A stretch of DNA of 64,000 bases, taken from positions 29,450,001 to 29,514,000 of the forward strand of contig OX597837.1 of assembly GCA_951406725.2 (NCBI GenBank), given 5' to 3'. This document shows positions 25,591-38,581 of the stretch, one piece after another. Every line of letters starts with the position of its first letter. Position 1 is the first letter of the stretch. The stretch is from Octopus vulgaris. Its lineage: Eukaryota. Below the pieces are notes generated by a model, which ran no database searches, had not been told where the DNA came from, and was given only the letters and a program-made list of their open reading frames with translations. Made by a program: the position numbers and the translations under genes.

Positions 25591-27077
25591 AGAGACAAAT
25601 AGAGAGACAAATAGAGAGACAGACAGAGAGACAGACAGAGAGACAGACAGAGAGACAGACAGAGAGATAGACAGAGAGATAGACAGAGAGATAGACAGAG
25701 AGATAGACAGATAGATAGACAGATAGATAGACAGATAGATAGACAGATAGAGAGACAAATAGAGAGACAAATAGAGAGACAAATAGAGAGACAAATAGAG
25801 AGACAAATAGAGAGACAAATAGAGAGACAGACAGATAGAGAGACAAATAGAGAGACAAATAGAGAGACAAATAGAGAGACAAATAGAGAGATAAATAGAG
25901 AGATAAATAGATAGACAGATAGATAGACAGATAGAGAGACAAATAGAGAGATAGACAGATAGATAGACAAATAGAGAGACAAATAGAGAGACAGACAGAT
26001 AGAGAGACAAATAGAGAGATAAATAGAGAGATAAATAGAGAGATATATAGATAGATAGACAGATAGATAGACAGATAGAGAGACAAATAGAGAGATAGAC
26101 AAATAGAGAGACAAATAGAGAGACAAATAGAGAGACAAATAGAGAGATAAATAGAGAGATAGACAAATAGAGAGATAGACAGATAGACAGACAGATAGAC
26201 AGACAAATAGAGAGACAAATAGAGAGACAAATAGAGAGACAAATAGAGAGACAAATAGAGAGACAAATAGAGAGACAAATAGAGAGATAAATAGAGAGAT
26301 AAATAGAGAGATAGACAGATAGATAGACAGATAGATAGACAGATAGAGAGACAGATAGAGAGACAGATAGAGAGACAAATAGAGAGACAAATAGAGAGAC
26401 AAATAGAGAGACAAATAGAGAGATAGACAGATAGAGAGACAAATAGAGAGATAGACAGATAGAGAGACAAATAGAGAGACAGATAGATAGACAGATAGAT
26501 AGACAGATAGATAGACAGATAGATAGACAGATAGATAGACAGATAGATAGACAGATAGAGAGACAAATAGAGAGATAGACAGATAGATAGACAAAAAGAG
26601 AGATAGACAGATAGATAGACAAAAAGAGAGATAAATAGAGAGATAAATAGAGAGATAAATAGAGAGAAAGACAAAGAGAGATAAATAGAGAGATAAATAG
26701 AGAGAAAGACAAATAGAGAGATAAATAGAGAGAAAGACAAATAGAGAGATAAATAGAGAGAAAGACAAATAGAGAGATAAATAGAGAGAAAGACAAATAG
26801 AGAGATAGACAGATAGATGGACAAATAGAGAGATAGACAGAGATAGACAACTAGAGAGATAAATAGATAGACAGATAGATAGACAACTAGAGAGATAAAT
26901 AGAGAGATAGACAGATAGATAGACAGATAGATAGACAGATAGATGGACAGATAGATGGACAGATAGATGGACAGATAGATGGACAGATAGATGGACAAAT
27001 AGAGAGATAGACAGACAGAACGATAGACAGACAGACAGCTAGATAGACAGCTAGATAGACAGCTAGATAGATAGATA
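25584..27077. repeat. 12-bp-unit satellite (AGAGACAAATAG / AGATAGACAGAT)
   Basis: Direct inspection. Confidence 0.95.
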
Positions 27078-28036
27078 TTTTCATAGGTCCCGGTCCGAAA
27101 GTTCTCCTGAACCGGCGGGTCAGGTGTTCCTCGTCGACGCCCAGATTCTGCCCGAGAACGTCGTCGCACTTCCCCTCCACTAATCCTCTATAGAACGCCT
27201 TTGTGGGGTTGAAGTCACACAAGTTTGGTCCCGGACGGCAGAGTTGCTTGAGAGCAAGGCAGCACTCACGGTGCCATTCGCCTAGCCTCGGTCTCTGTTT
27301 GATCCACGACTGCAGTTCGGCCAAAGAGACGACTGCGGGAAAGCGCGCCGCACAAACGGCTACCACACCTGTTCACCGTTGTCTATAAAGCGCCGGAGAT
27401 GTCGCAGTCTCTGCGCATGTCTGCGCATCATCAACCACGGCGTGCTTAGCCCTCCATTTAGCGGGTGCTGACAGCAAATGGATCGCCTAACCATAGGAAC
27501 GTTTCCCTTCCACAAAAGGCGGAAGTGTATGTGTTCCAGTTTGGTGATGGTAGGGTCGGGACAAGGCACAACGTTCAGACGGTAACGATGACGGATGCGA
27601 TGTACGCGTTCGCCACCTTCAACCCGACCTTTTAGGAATAGCTTCCTCTGGGGCCATTGCTGGGTGAGTGTCCACCACGGTCGTTATCTTGCCCCAGTTC
27701 TTCATTTGGAGGTCCGGACCGAACCAGACTCCAAGCAACTTAACCGGTCCGTCGGAACAGCGTCCCACGATGGAGACGCTGTCGGAAGGCATGGGCTTGC
27801 TTCTCCAGGTGCCGAGCCGCAAGCTCACCGACTTTTCCCCGGTTAATTTTTGCTCCCGTTACTGTTTCGTATTCTTTTAGTGTTTCGCTGACCAGGTCGA
27901 TATGTCTGTGGCTCAACACTATGACGATGACGTCGTCCGCGTATGCAGACACGCTCGTCCCGCATCCCAGCTCTGGCGGGATGCCCGTTTGCGTCGCCAG
28001 CGTCCGCAGTAGTGGCTCAAGAGTCAATACGTACAG
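27078..28036 (-). mobile_element. Tx1/L1-clade LINE reverse transcriptase fragment
   Basis: LYVLTLEPLLR...SAYADDV...YETVTGAKINRGK, PVKLLGVWFGP, FRLLWKG...LNGGL; frameshifted; embedded between GATA-type arrays. Confidence 0.85.
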
Positions 28037-28620
28037 AAATGACAGATAGACAGGTAGCTAGACGGATAGATAGACGTATAGGTAGACGGATAGATAGACG
28101 GATAGATAGACGGATAGATAGACGGATAGATAGACGGATAGGTAGACGGATAGGTAGACGGATAGGTAGACGGATAGGTAGACGGATAGGTAGACAGATA
28201 GATAGACGGATAGGTAGACAGATAGATAGACGGATAGGTAGACAGATAGATAGACGGATAGGTAGACAGATAGATAGACGGATAGGTAGACAGATAGATA
28301 GACGAATAGGTAGACAGATAGATAGACGAATAGGTAGACAGATAGATAGACGAATAGGTAGACAGATAGGTAGGTAGGTAGATATGTAGACAGATAGGTA
28401 GGTAGATAGGTAGACAGATAGGTAGACAGACAGACAGAAAGACGGATAGGTATGTAGGTAGACAGACAGACAGATAGACGGATAGGTAGACAGACAGACA
28501 GATAGATAGACGGATAGGTAGACAGACAGATAGATAGACGGATAGGTAGACAGACAGATAGATAGACGGATAGGTAGACAGACAGACAGATAGATATATA
28601 GACGGATGGATAGATGAATG
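28037..28620. repeat. GATA-derived 12/24-bp satellite (AGACGGATAGGT)
   Basis: Direct inspection. Confidence 0.9.
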
Positions 28621-29572
28621 GATATACATGAGTTTATGTTTGTTCTCCACCACCACTTGACAACCAATGTTTGTTCGTGTTCGTTCACGTAACTGAACGG
28701 TTAGGCAAAGAACTGGGGCCGATTTAACCGACTAAACACATCAAGGAAGTGCTTCAGCATGGCCACACTCTAATTAGTGAAAGAAGTAAAAAAAATAAAG
28801 AAAAAATACACATATGCGCAGGAGTGGCTGTGTGGTAAGTAGCTTGCTAACCAACCACATGGTTCCGGGTTCAGTCCCACTGCGTGGCACCTTGGGCAAG
28901 TGTCTTCTGCTATAGCCCCGGGCTGACCAATGCCTTGTGAGTGGATTTGGTAGACGGAAACTGAAAGAAGCCCGTCGTATATATGTATATATATATATGT
29001 ATATGTTTGTATGTGTTTGTGTGTCTGTGTTTGTCCTCCTAGCTTTGCTTGACAACCGGTGTGTTTACGTCCCCGTCACTTAGCGGTTCGGCAAAAGAGA
29101 CCGATAGAATAAGTACTGGGCTTACAAAGAATAAGTCCCGGGGTCAAGTTGCTCGACTAAAAGGCGGTGCTCCAGCATGGCCGCAGTCAAATGACTGAAA
29201 CAAGTAAAAGAGTAAAAGAGAAAGAGAGAGAGAGAAAGTATGCCCCTTGCATCTGTTATAAACCTGTATGATATGATAGGCCATAACGAAAATCAACTGG
29301 TTTTAACTCGAATGTATACAATGAGATTTTTTTTCTTTCTCTCTCATTGACTGGTTGACAACGTTATACAAAAATTGATCATGGTTCATGACATATAAAC
29401 AGATGAATATAATTTATTTAAGCTTCCTGAAGGTGGTAGATAATCAGTCAAGCATAAATATAGGTAATTGCTGAAATGGAAGTAGTAATAGTATTAAGTG
29501 ACAACAGTTAGTGATGCCAAATACAAGCAGATGACGACGCTGACGAAGGCAACTGCGAGGCCTAATAAAATA

Positions 29573-30866
29573 GGTTAATATCTAGTTTAACAGTCGGCCA
29601 CCAAAACAAACACAAAGAGAGGTGTAATAGGTGTGAAAATTTTTTTTTAAATGTGTAGAAAACGAGTCGGAAAACCGAAATTTGCGCAAGTGAACTGGGG
29701 GTTGTGGACAGGACTTTCGGAAAATTCCCACGATCCGATTTTTTTTCCCCCTCATAAACTTTCAGGAAAATTTTATATCTTTTAATGAAATTTTATATAA
29801 AGAAAACTTTTCAAATAGCATAGATAACGATTATGAAGAAATTTGTGAGGGAAAATGTTTTTTTTCCAGGGTGGGGGTGTGTGAGGAGATTCGGATCAGG
29901 AAAACCACATAAGTTCGTTTTTTACCCCTCCTCCCACCTTCCATCCCCCCTCCGGACCGATTTTGGCCAATTTCTTGCACTTAGAAACAAAGGGAGGAGC
30001 CTTTTCGGTGAAAAGGAAAAAAAAAAAAAAAAAAGTTGTAAATGATTTCAGAGCAAAAAGTGTGATTTAAGGGAGAATTTGACTGTAGTTTCTAGCACAT
30101 CCCATGACAACCCTCCTCGTTTCTTTCTCGCGCTCGCAAAGAAATTTGAAAATTTATGATATTTTTTCCAACCCCACTCCCCGTCCTTGATTGTTTTTGT
30201 TTATAATTTAAAATACTGGAGAGCCTGAGGTCATTTCTGGCATTTATCCACAGTGATTTTTTAAAAATAGGTATGTAAAGATAATTAATTTTAATAGCAT
30301 ACATTTCTGTTAGAAAATGTATTTTCTTACACACACACGGCCTCGCTTCATTAAGGTTGGTATAAACATTTAAATTAACATTTTTTTTTGTTGATGCTTA
30401 TATCCCACCAATGGAGCATGCGGGAGAGTAAAAAAAATAACCATAAATTTTCCAAACCTTTTTTTCATAAAAAGCTACTCTCCATCATTTCGAAAACTGT
30501 GGTGAAAAAACAATTTGAAAAATCCCTGTCAAAACGGCGAAATCCCAACTTATGTGGTCCTCATGATCCGAAACTCCTCTCCCCAGCTCCTTAGAAAAAA
30601 TTTTCCCCCGCCACAAATTTCTTTATAATTGTAATCTATGCCGTGGGAAAAGTTTTTGTATAAACTTTCATTAAAAGATACCCATTCTTCTGAAAGTTAT
30701 GAGGGAAAAAATCGGATCGTATGAATTTTCCGAAAGTCCTTTTTCCAACCCCCGGTTCGTTTGCGCAAATTTTAGTTTTCTGGTTCGTTTATTACGCATT
30801 TTGTTGCCTATTACACTTGTTTTTGTTTTTTGTTTTGGTGGTCGGGTGTTAAACTAGATATCAACC
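29573..30866. mobile_element. Old long-TIR DNA element (GG termini)
   Basis: GGTTAATATCTAGTTTAACA...TGTTAAACTAGATATCAACC; diverged arms over 300 bp; flanks ATAAAATA/GTAAAGTA (6/8). Confidence 0.65.
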
Positions 30867-32284
30867 GTAAAGTATATATGCTAAAAATTATTATTTTTTT
30901 ACATGAGCAAAAACGATTTAATTGGCATCAGTATTTATATTTTGGTCGACTCTGAAAAGGCTGAAAGGTAAAGTTGTCTACGGTAGGATTCGAACACAAA
31001 GGGCGAAGGTAAAGAAAACGCGCACTCGATGTTTAGGGTTAGGGTTTAACGGTTAGGCCGAAAATTGGTGGTGTGCGTATTCTTTACCTCCGCCAAAAAA
31101 GTTTAAAAAAATAAATAATAATATTTGCTTCTACTTTAGACAGAAACTGAAAGAAGCCTGTCGTGTATATATAAGTGTGTGTGTGTGTGTCCCCCACTAA
31201 CCAGAGCTGGTGTATTTATGTCCCCGTAACATTAGCGGTTCAGCAAAAAGAATCGATAGAATAAGTACCAGGTTTTAAAATATAATATGTGCTAGGATCG
31301 ATTTGTTTGACTAATATTTTACAATGCGGTACTCCAATATGGCCACAGTGTAACTAATGACCGAAATAAGTAAAAGATATTGATTTCAAATTTTGGGACA
31401 GGGCCCATGAAGTCCGCGGGAGCAAGTATGTTGATTACATCAACTCCAGGGCTCAACTAGTATTTATTTTATCGACCACGAAAGGATGAAAGGGAAAGTC
31501 GACCTCGGCAGAATTTGAACTCAGAACATACAGACGGACGAAATGCCGCTAAGCATTTTGTCCGGCGCGCTAACGAACTGCCAGCTCGCTGCCTTAAGTA
31601 AAAAGATAATATTGGTCACGAATTTTGGCATGGCATGAACAATATGGAATGGAATGGGTTAGTCGATAGCATCGACCCCTACCCCAGTTCTTCATACGTA
31701 CTTTAGTCTATCGACCCCCAAAAGGACGAAGGACAAAAGTGAACTCGGTAAAATCGAACATTAATGAGTTGCCGCTAAGCAACTTTTTACGACGTTCTTA
31801 ACGTCGTGGCCCGCATAAGGCCACAAGTTATGAGGGGTGAGGATCAGTCAGCACCAACAACTACAATAATAGTAATAATAATCCCTAATTTTGACACAAG
31901 GTCAGTAATTTTGAGGGGAGGGGAAACTCGGTAACTTCGGGCTCAGTATATGACTGGTACTTTATTTTATCGATCTCGAAAGGATGAACGGCAAAGGCGA
32001 CCGCGATATGATTTGAACTTGAGCTGAATAATAATAATAATAATTTCTTTCATTGGCCACAAGGTCCCAAGACATAGAGGACAATATGAAAACATGTAGG
32101 GTTTATATCTATCAAGAGAACTCTTTCTAATAGTAGGCACAAGGCCTCAAATTTTGGGGAGGGGGGCTAATCAATTACATCGACCCCAGTGCTGGACTGG
32201 TACTTACTTAATTTATCGACCCCGGCGAAATTTGAACTGAGATTGTATAAACGGACGAAATGCTAACAGTTCTGTCAACTTGCC

Positions 32285-32319
<35 letters not shown>

Positions 32320-32483
32320 CCTTTCTACTTAGGCAAAAGCCCTGAAACCGACTCAGTATTCCACTGGTACTTATTTTATTGATTCTGAAGAAAAGATGAA
32401 AAGCGAGGTCGACCTCGACGGGATTTGAACCCAGAACATAAAGAGCCGAATAAAAATTTTTTTAAAAAATAAGTTTTTCCTAC

Positions 32484-32627
32484 CGGTCGTTGATATGGGT
32501 CTTCGTAAGGCGACCACGACGAGGTATGATTCTCATTGGCATCATCTTCACCTCCTTCATCACTGAATTGTTCTGCATCTGCTGGGTTGTCAGACCAGGA
32601 ATTTTCTGGAAATTTTTCATTTACCAT
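32484..32627 (-). CDS. Probable first coding exon of an SLC16/MCT-like transporter (48 aa acidic N-terminus MVNEKFPENSW...EDPYQRP)
   Basis: ATG in AAAAATGG context at 32627; 144 nt = 48 codons ending at donor CCG|GTAGGA (phase 0), matching the phase-0 acceptor of the 19504-19801 exon. Linkage to that exon is inference. Confidence 0.6.
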
Positions 32628-34234
32628 TTTTTCGACGTTTTTATCCGCTTCTTTCTACTTGGACTTCTGTAGTTATTTCTTGTATAATTTCGTTATTTTG
32701 TTCAAATGCTTAAATTACAGATTTTAGTCGATAATTTAAGTTGATAATTATAGTGAGTGATTTATGAATTATATATTGAAGATACAAAACATTTGTACAT
32801 ATTGAAGATATAAAACATCGCATAAATACTATATATGTATGTGCGTGTATGAAGTATATATGCGCGTATATAATCCACGTTTAGTCGCCAACACACACAT
32901 ATATAAATGATGTTAGTGTGCAATGTCGTTCTATATATATAGACATATAGTGTATTAATTGTCGATATTTTTTGCATCCGCACAATAACTTTACCTTCGA
33001 ATTTGACGTAGTTCCTGCTTCTTTTCGTTTATTTAATATATTTATACCTATTTTCGCTTTCTTCTTGTTGTTAATAACTCTTTACTTGAAGCCTCCTTTC
33101 GACAAATATCTCATATAAAATTACATAAAACCACACCACAGCAACTAACAAAGCACACTTCTTACATTAACCTAAGAGGCGAACATAAAAACGTAAAAAT
33201 ATATATATTTTTCCGCTAAGTATTTAGCGCGGACCTTCCTCCAGTTGATTTTCTTTTTTATTATTTTAATTTTCACTTGTTATTTTTTACAAATACTTTT
33301 CGTTTCTCTTTGTTTTACGTCCGCAGTTTTACCTTTTCCCTCCCTCTCTCTCTCTCACGCCTTATTTCTCTCTACCTTTCTCTTTTTCTCACGCTTTTTC
33401 CTCTCTCTTTCTCTCTCTCACGCTTTTTATCTCTCTTGCTTTCTCACTTACACTCTCACTAACTCTGCCGCGTTCTCACTCTTCCGTCCTCACTCCTTCC
33501 CTCTCACTCACACTCATTCTTACTCTCTCTCTCTCTCACTTTAACACGTTCTTTCATACTCTTACCGATACTCTTACTTTCTCTGCCGCATTCTCACTCT
33601 CTCATTCTTTCACACTTTCTCTCTCACACTCTCGCTTTTTTCACACTATCACTCTCTCACTTTGTCTCACATTCTCACTCCCTCTCTCTCTTTCTTTATC
33701 CAATCTCCCCCTCTCTCTGTCTCTCCCATTGTGTTTTCTAGAAATTAAAATAATTCTTAACTCACCAACAACTTGTGATGTTGTGATGTTTATTCTGATT
33801 TGTACATCACTGCATAATTATTTACCACTTGTTGTCCACTACTTATACAGTCAATAGTTTTCTAAACAAATATTAATTAATTAATTAATCGCTTAAATGT
33901 ATTACTATCATTAAATTTCGTAATTACGTACACACGTCAAATATATTATTTCTGAAGTATAATTACATTTTATTCACATTTGTAATAACATTTTCCTCCA
34001 TAAAAAAAGTAAAATGCAACTATTTCAAATTTCCAAGACTAAAGCCGTAAAATAGTACAAATAACAATGTTTTCTTTACTAAATATTGATAGTAATACTA
34101 ATGCTTTCATTGTTAGAAATATTATTAAGAATTCACAAACATAAAAAGCAAGACATCAGCTTTCTTCCTTTCTTTCTCTCTCTCTCTCTCTCTATATATA
34201 TACGTGTGTGTGTGTGTATACACACATATACATT

Positions 34235-34273
<39 letters not shown>

Positions 34274-34289
34274 ATACACACATATACAT

Positions 34290-34324
<35 letters not shown>

Positions 34325-34338
34325 ATACACACATATAC

Positions 34339-34384
<46 letters not shown>

Positions 34385-34387
<3 letters not shown>

Positions 34388-34884
34388 AATGAAATGGATA
34401 AATGAATTATCTTGTTACGGATTATTCAAATTATAACCGATACCTGGGTAGCAAAAATCACAACAGAAAAATCACGGTTGAGGTTACGACCATGGGGTAT
34501 CGCAACCGTGCCTTAGTGCGGATAATTGAAGTTTTATATTTAGTGAGGGAAGAAATGGAGCTGAACGAAGATTTTACAAAATTCCTTTTTATTATTTTCT
34601 ACACATGTTTCAAAGGCTGCAAATTCCCTAATTCGGATTGAATAAGGAGACCATTTTGCAGCATTCTCTTCAGGAAAATCCAGGAACTTAAATCTCCAAA
34701 CAAATGCGCAGCAAGCTTTTCGAACAAACGCTCCCTAGGATTTTCCTGAAGAGAATGCTGCAAAATGGTCTCCTTATTCAATCCGAATTAGGGAATTTGC
34801 AGCCTTTGAAACATGTGTAGAAAATAATAAAAGGAATTTTGTAAAATCTTCGTTCAGCTCCATTTCTTCCCTCACTAAATATAT
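34385..34884. mobile_element. Fold-back hammerhead-bearing insert in (TA)n
   Basis: Near-perfect arms 34535-34681 and 34739-34884, about 150-nt tail on left, flanked by (TA)n. Confidence 0.7.
34740..34825 (+). ncRNA. Type I hammerhead ribozyme motif (mirror copy on minus strand at 34594-34679)
   Basis: AUUUUC-CUGAAGA-[long stem II GCUGCAAA/UUUGCAGC]-GAA-ACA-UG-UGU-A|GAAAAU: 6-bp stem I, intact core, GUA triplet. Confidence 0.7.
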
Positions 34885-34901
34885 ATATATATATATATAT
34901 A

Positions 34902-35107
34902 CTTTATTTAAAGCAGCAGAAAATTCAACAAAATCTGTTACTCTGAGTTTCTCGTTGCCGTTCATCAGAGAAACTGTCTGATGAACGGCAACGAGAAACT
35001 CAGAGTAACAGATTTTGTTGAATTTTCTGCTGCTTTAAATAAAGCATATTACTCTACCACTGGTATTTGAGTACTCTTTTTTCCACCTTGTTTCACATTT
35101 ATGTGTT

Positions 35108-35110
<3 letters not shown>
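34902..35110. mobile_element. Fold-back hammerhead-bearing insert in (TA)n
   Basis: Arms 34902-34969 and 34977-35044, tail to 35110, (TA)n on both sides. Confidence 0.7.
34974..35011 (+). ncRNA. Minimal type I hammerhead ribozyme motif
   Basis: CUGU-CUGAUGA-ACG-GCAA-CGA-GAA-ACUC-A-GAGU-A|ACAG; one mismatch at the base of stem II. Confidence 0.7.
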
Positions 35111-35146
<36 letters not shown>

Positions 35147-35315
35147 CACATATATATATACAGGTATTGTGATGCAAACAGCAAAAATAGAACTCAAAAT
35201 ATGAATATATCTATATCTTTATAATAGTAGAAGCAACGGAGTAACTCAATGGCCGAGAGTTTGGTAAGTGCCAACGCATGGAACTCCCGGATTTTGAGTC
35301 ATTCTGCTAACTTTG

Positions 35316-35375
<60 letters not shown>

Positions 35376-35611
35376 GTGTATACGCATAAATAAGTTAACA
35401 TAATATAATGTCTAAAAGTTGATGAACCACCTATTGATCGCCTCCATTTTCTTATTGCTCTATAAATTAATGGTCAAATATCTCTTTACCTTCACCCATT
35501 TAGTACACTATGTAATGTAATTGCAATGCAATAAAAAACACTTGTGTATTAATAATTGGGTATTCAACCAGCAGTATATTGGATAGATATTATCCCTTAG
35601 TTGGTTGGTTG

Positions 35612-35657
<46 letters not shown>

Positions 35658-35750
35658 CAGATAGATAGACAGATAGATAGATAGACAGATAGATAGATAG
35701 ACAGATAGATAGACAGATAGATAGACAGATAGATAGATAGATAGATAGAC

Positions 35751-35809
<59 letters not shown>

Positions 35810-35820
35810 CAGATAGATAG

Positions 35821-35899
<79 letters not shown>

Positions 35900-35913
35900 T
35901 GTGTGTGTGTGCG

Positions 35914-36690
35914 TATAAATTGGCTGATAGGGAAGACAGAGTGTACTGCAAGCTTTATGTAGCACTTTGATCATTTCGGCTCACATCTACACCTTGTTGG
36001 TGGGGAACGCTATAATGGAATCGAATGCATCCCACAGTGCAGACGACACCTCATCAAGTTACATCATCCTGCTACACACAATAGCGAAATGTAATATTAT
36101 AACACTGTAGGGTATTATGCAACCAGATCAGGTTTCTTCTGCACTGCGGAGTGCGTTCGATTCCATTATATCGGTCCCACTCACTAGGGGGCAGTGCAGA
36201 TCGTGGATCTTTTCGGTTTGAACGGCAGTTTTTAACATAATTTCTAGGGAACTAAAAAATTTTAAACTTCGTATACTGGTAGAATGTGTTTATAAAACAT
36301 CTTTTTCTCTTGGCTTTATTGAGAAAATTCTATAGTTTGTAAGATATTTGTTGTTGTTTTTCCTTCAATTTCTGCAATTTCAACCAATCACTGACGTCTA
36401 TTGAGGTAAAAAACATTCTGTGCCTAATGAATATGTCCCTCGTTTAAGAAACAGATTGGGTTTATTTACATTTCTGAAGAAAAAAAGATACCCTTCGCCC
36501 CATCCCTAACCAACCCTAACCCTAAAATAGATTGAACTGCAATAGATCGATACTAGGGTCATAATTACGGGTGACAATTTCATATGACACCGCTAGAAAA
36601 AACTGCCGTTCAAACCGAAAAGATCCCAGACCGTCATGCTAAATAAAGCTTGGAGTACATTCTGTCTTCCCTAGTCAGTCATTTAATATA
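35914..36690. mobile_element. Palindromic MITE hosting the 36205 insertion
   Basis: TAGGGAAGACAGAGTGTACTGCAAGCTTTA / TAAAGCTTGGAGTACATTCTGTCTTCCCTA plus inner inverted pair ATAATGGAATCGAA / TTCGATTCCATTAT. Confidence 0.55.
36205..36626. mobile_element. Merlin-like MITE, same family as 2833
   Basis: Same TIRs and body; TSD CAGATCGT/CAGACCGT; nested in another palindromic element. Confidence 0.8.
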
Positions 36691-36874
36691 CAGTAAACGT
36701 GCACCGAGAAATTCCTTGCGTTGATCCTACGAAGAAAGTGCAGAACCGCGGATGACGCCGAGTAGTCGTAAGTGGTAAATGAGCCCTCAAAGTACACTAC
36801 TAGGGACATATCCAAAACAAGGCTTGGATTCTACATTTTAAAGTCTCCTATCTAAACTTTAATTTTACACACAC

Positions 36875-36914
36875 AACTGTCCGACGAACGGGAACGTGAA
36901 ACTGAGTAACAGTT
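36875..36914 (+). ncRNA. Minimal hammerhead motif, same family as 34974 (core U4->C)
   Basis: AACUGU-CCGACGA-ACG-GGAA-CGU-GAA-AC-UGA-GU-A|ACAGUU, followed by the same tail as the 34974 element (AAGCATATTACTCTACC...GAGTACT...TTCCACCTTGTTT). Confidence 0.55.
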
Positions 36915-38184
36915 CTGTGATAATTTGGCAGCTTTAATAATAAGCATATTACTCTACCTTTGGTATTCGAGTACTATTTTTTTCCACCTTGTTTTGCACT
37001 TATGTGCTCCCCTGTCTGCATGCATGCATCTATCTAGTTAGCTATCTGTCTGTTTGTCTATCTATCTATCTATCTATCTAGTTAGCTAGCTAGCTATCTA
37101 TCTGTGTCTGCGTGTGTGTGTCCCAGTATCGACCAGACTATCATCAGACGTCATACATCGCTGGTCACAATGCGCTTCGCATTGTTGTAGCTTTCGAATG
37201 GTACCATCACCTGTATAGCCAGGCAGAGTGGCCAACACTCCTGAACGGGACACTTATCTGTGATAGGGTTACTAATTTATCGGTGAGTGGACTGGTACAA
37301 CATAAAATCAAATACACATCGCACTACCAGTCTGGGAATCGAAACCGCGATCTCGTGATCGTTTGCTCAACAATCTAACAACAAGACCACACGCCTTCAC
37401 ACACACAATATTGGTTTCAAATTTTGGCACAAGGCCAGAAATTTTGGGCTTTAGTCGATTACTTCGACCCCCAGCGCTGAACTGGTACTTATTTTATCAA
37501 CCCCGAAAGGCAAAGTCCACCTTGGCAGCATTTGAACTCAGAACGTAGACAGACAAAATGCCCTTAATCATTTTGCCCGGCGTGCTAACGGTTTCCAGCT
37601 CACCACCTTGCACACAACACACACACACACACACGCACAATATTAAACGGGTATTTTTCCACTTGGGTCACTTAAACACAACAATTAACAAAATAATTAA
37701 CAGCTAAACTTTGTTTTACTCTTTTACTTGTTTCAGTCATTTGACTGCGGCCATGCTGGAGCACCGCCTTTAGTCGAGCAAATCGACCCCGGGACTTACT
37801 TATTCTTTGTAAGCCTAGTACTTATTCTATCGGTCTCTTTTGCCGAACCGCTAAGTTACGGATTCGTAAACACACCAGAATCGGTTGTCAAGCGATGTTG
37901 GGGGGGGGGGGGCGGTGACAAACACAGACACACAAACACATATGTATATATATATATATACATATATACGACGGGCTTCTTTTCAGTTTCCGTCTACCAA
38001 ATCCACTCACAAGGCTTTGGTCGGCCCGAGGCTATAGTAGAAGACACTTGCCAAGGTGCCATGCAGTGGAACTGAACTCGGAACCATGCAGTTCGTTAGC
38101 AAGCTACTTGCCACACAGCCACTCCTAATGTTTTACAATTATAAGCGATTTTAATCAATTTTTTTCCCTTGGCAATTTTTCCCA

Positions 38185-38581
38185 GTTTTTTAAAATAATT
38201 TCCACGTAACTAAAAAATTTTAAACTTCGTATACTGGTAGAATATGTTTATAAAACATCTTTTTCTCTAGGCTTTATTGAGAAAATTCTATAGTTTGTAA
38301 GATATTTGTTGCTTTTTTCTTCAATTTCTGCAATTTCAATCAATCACTGACGTCTATTGAGGTAAAAAACATTCTGTGTCGTATGAATATGTCCCTCGTT
38401 TAAGAAACAGATTGGGCTTATTTACACTTCTGAAGAAAAAAAGATACCCTTCCCCCCACCCCTAACTAACCCTAACCCTAAAATAGATTGAAAGCAATAG
38501 ATCGATACTAGGGTCATAATTATGGGTGACAATTTCATATGACACCGCTAGAAAAAACTGCCGGTCAAACCGAAAAGATCC
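38185..38581. mobile_element. Truncated copy of the 2833 MITE family
   Basis: Same body and right TIR; left TIR missing. Confidence 0.75.

Noticed and set aside
33760-33850. Possible non-coding exon ending at a GTGAGT donor (also GTAAAG at 32994)
   Set aside because: Donor motifs alone, with no acceptor or promoter evidence, are insufficient.
35226-35317. Hairpin between TA tracts considered as a SECIS element
   Set aside because: The AUGA on the minus strand pairs canonically rather than forming the GA quartet, and no selenoprotein ORF is nearby; treated as a small hairpin insert.
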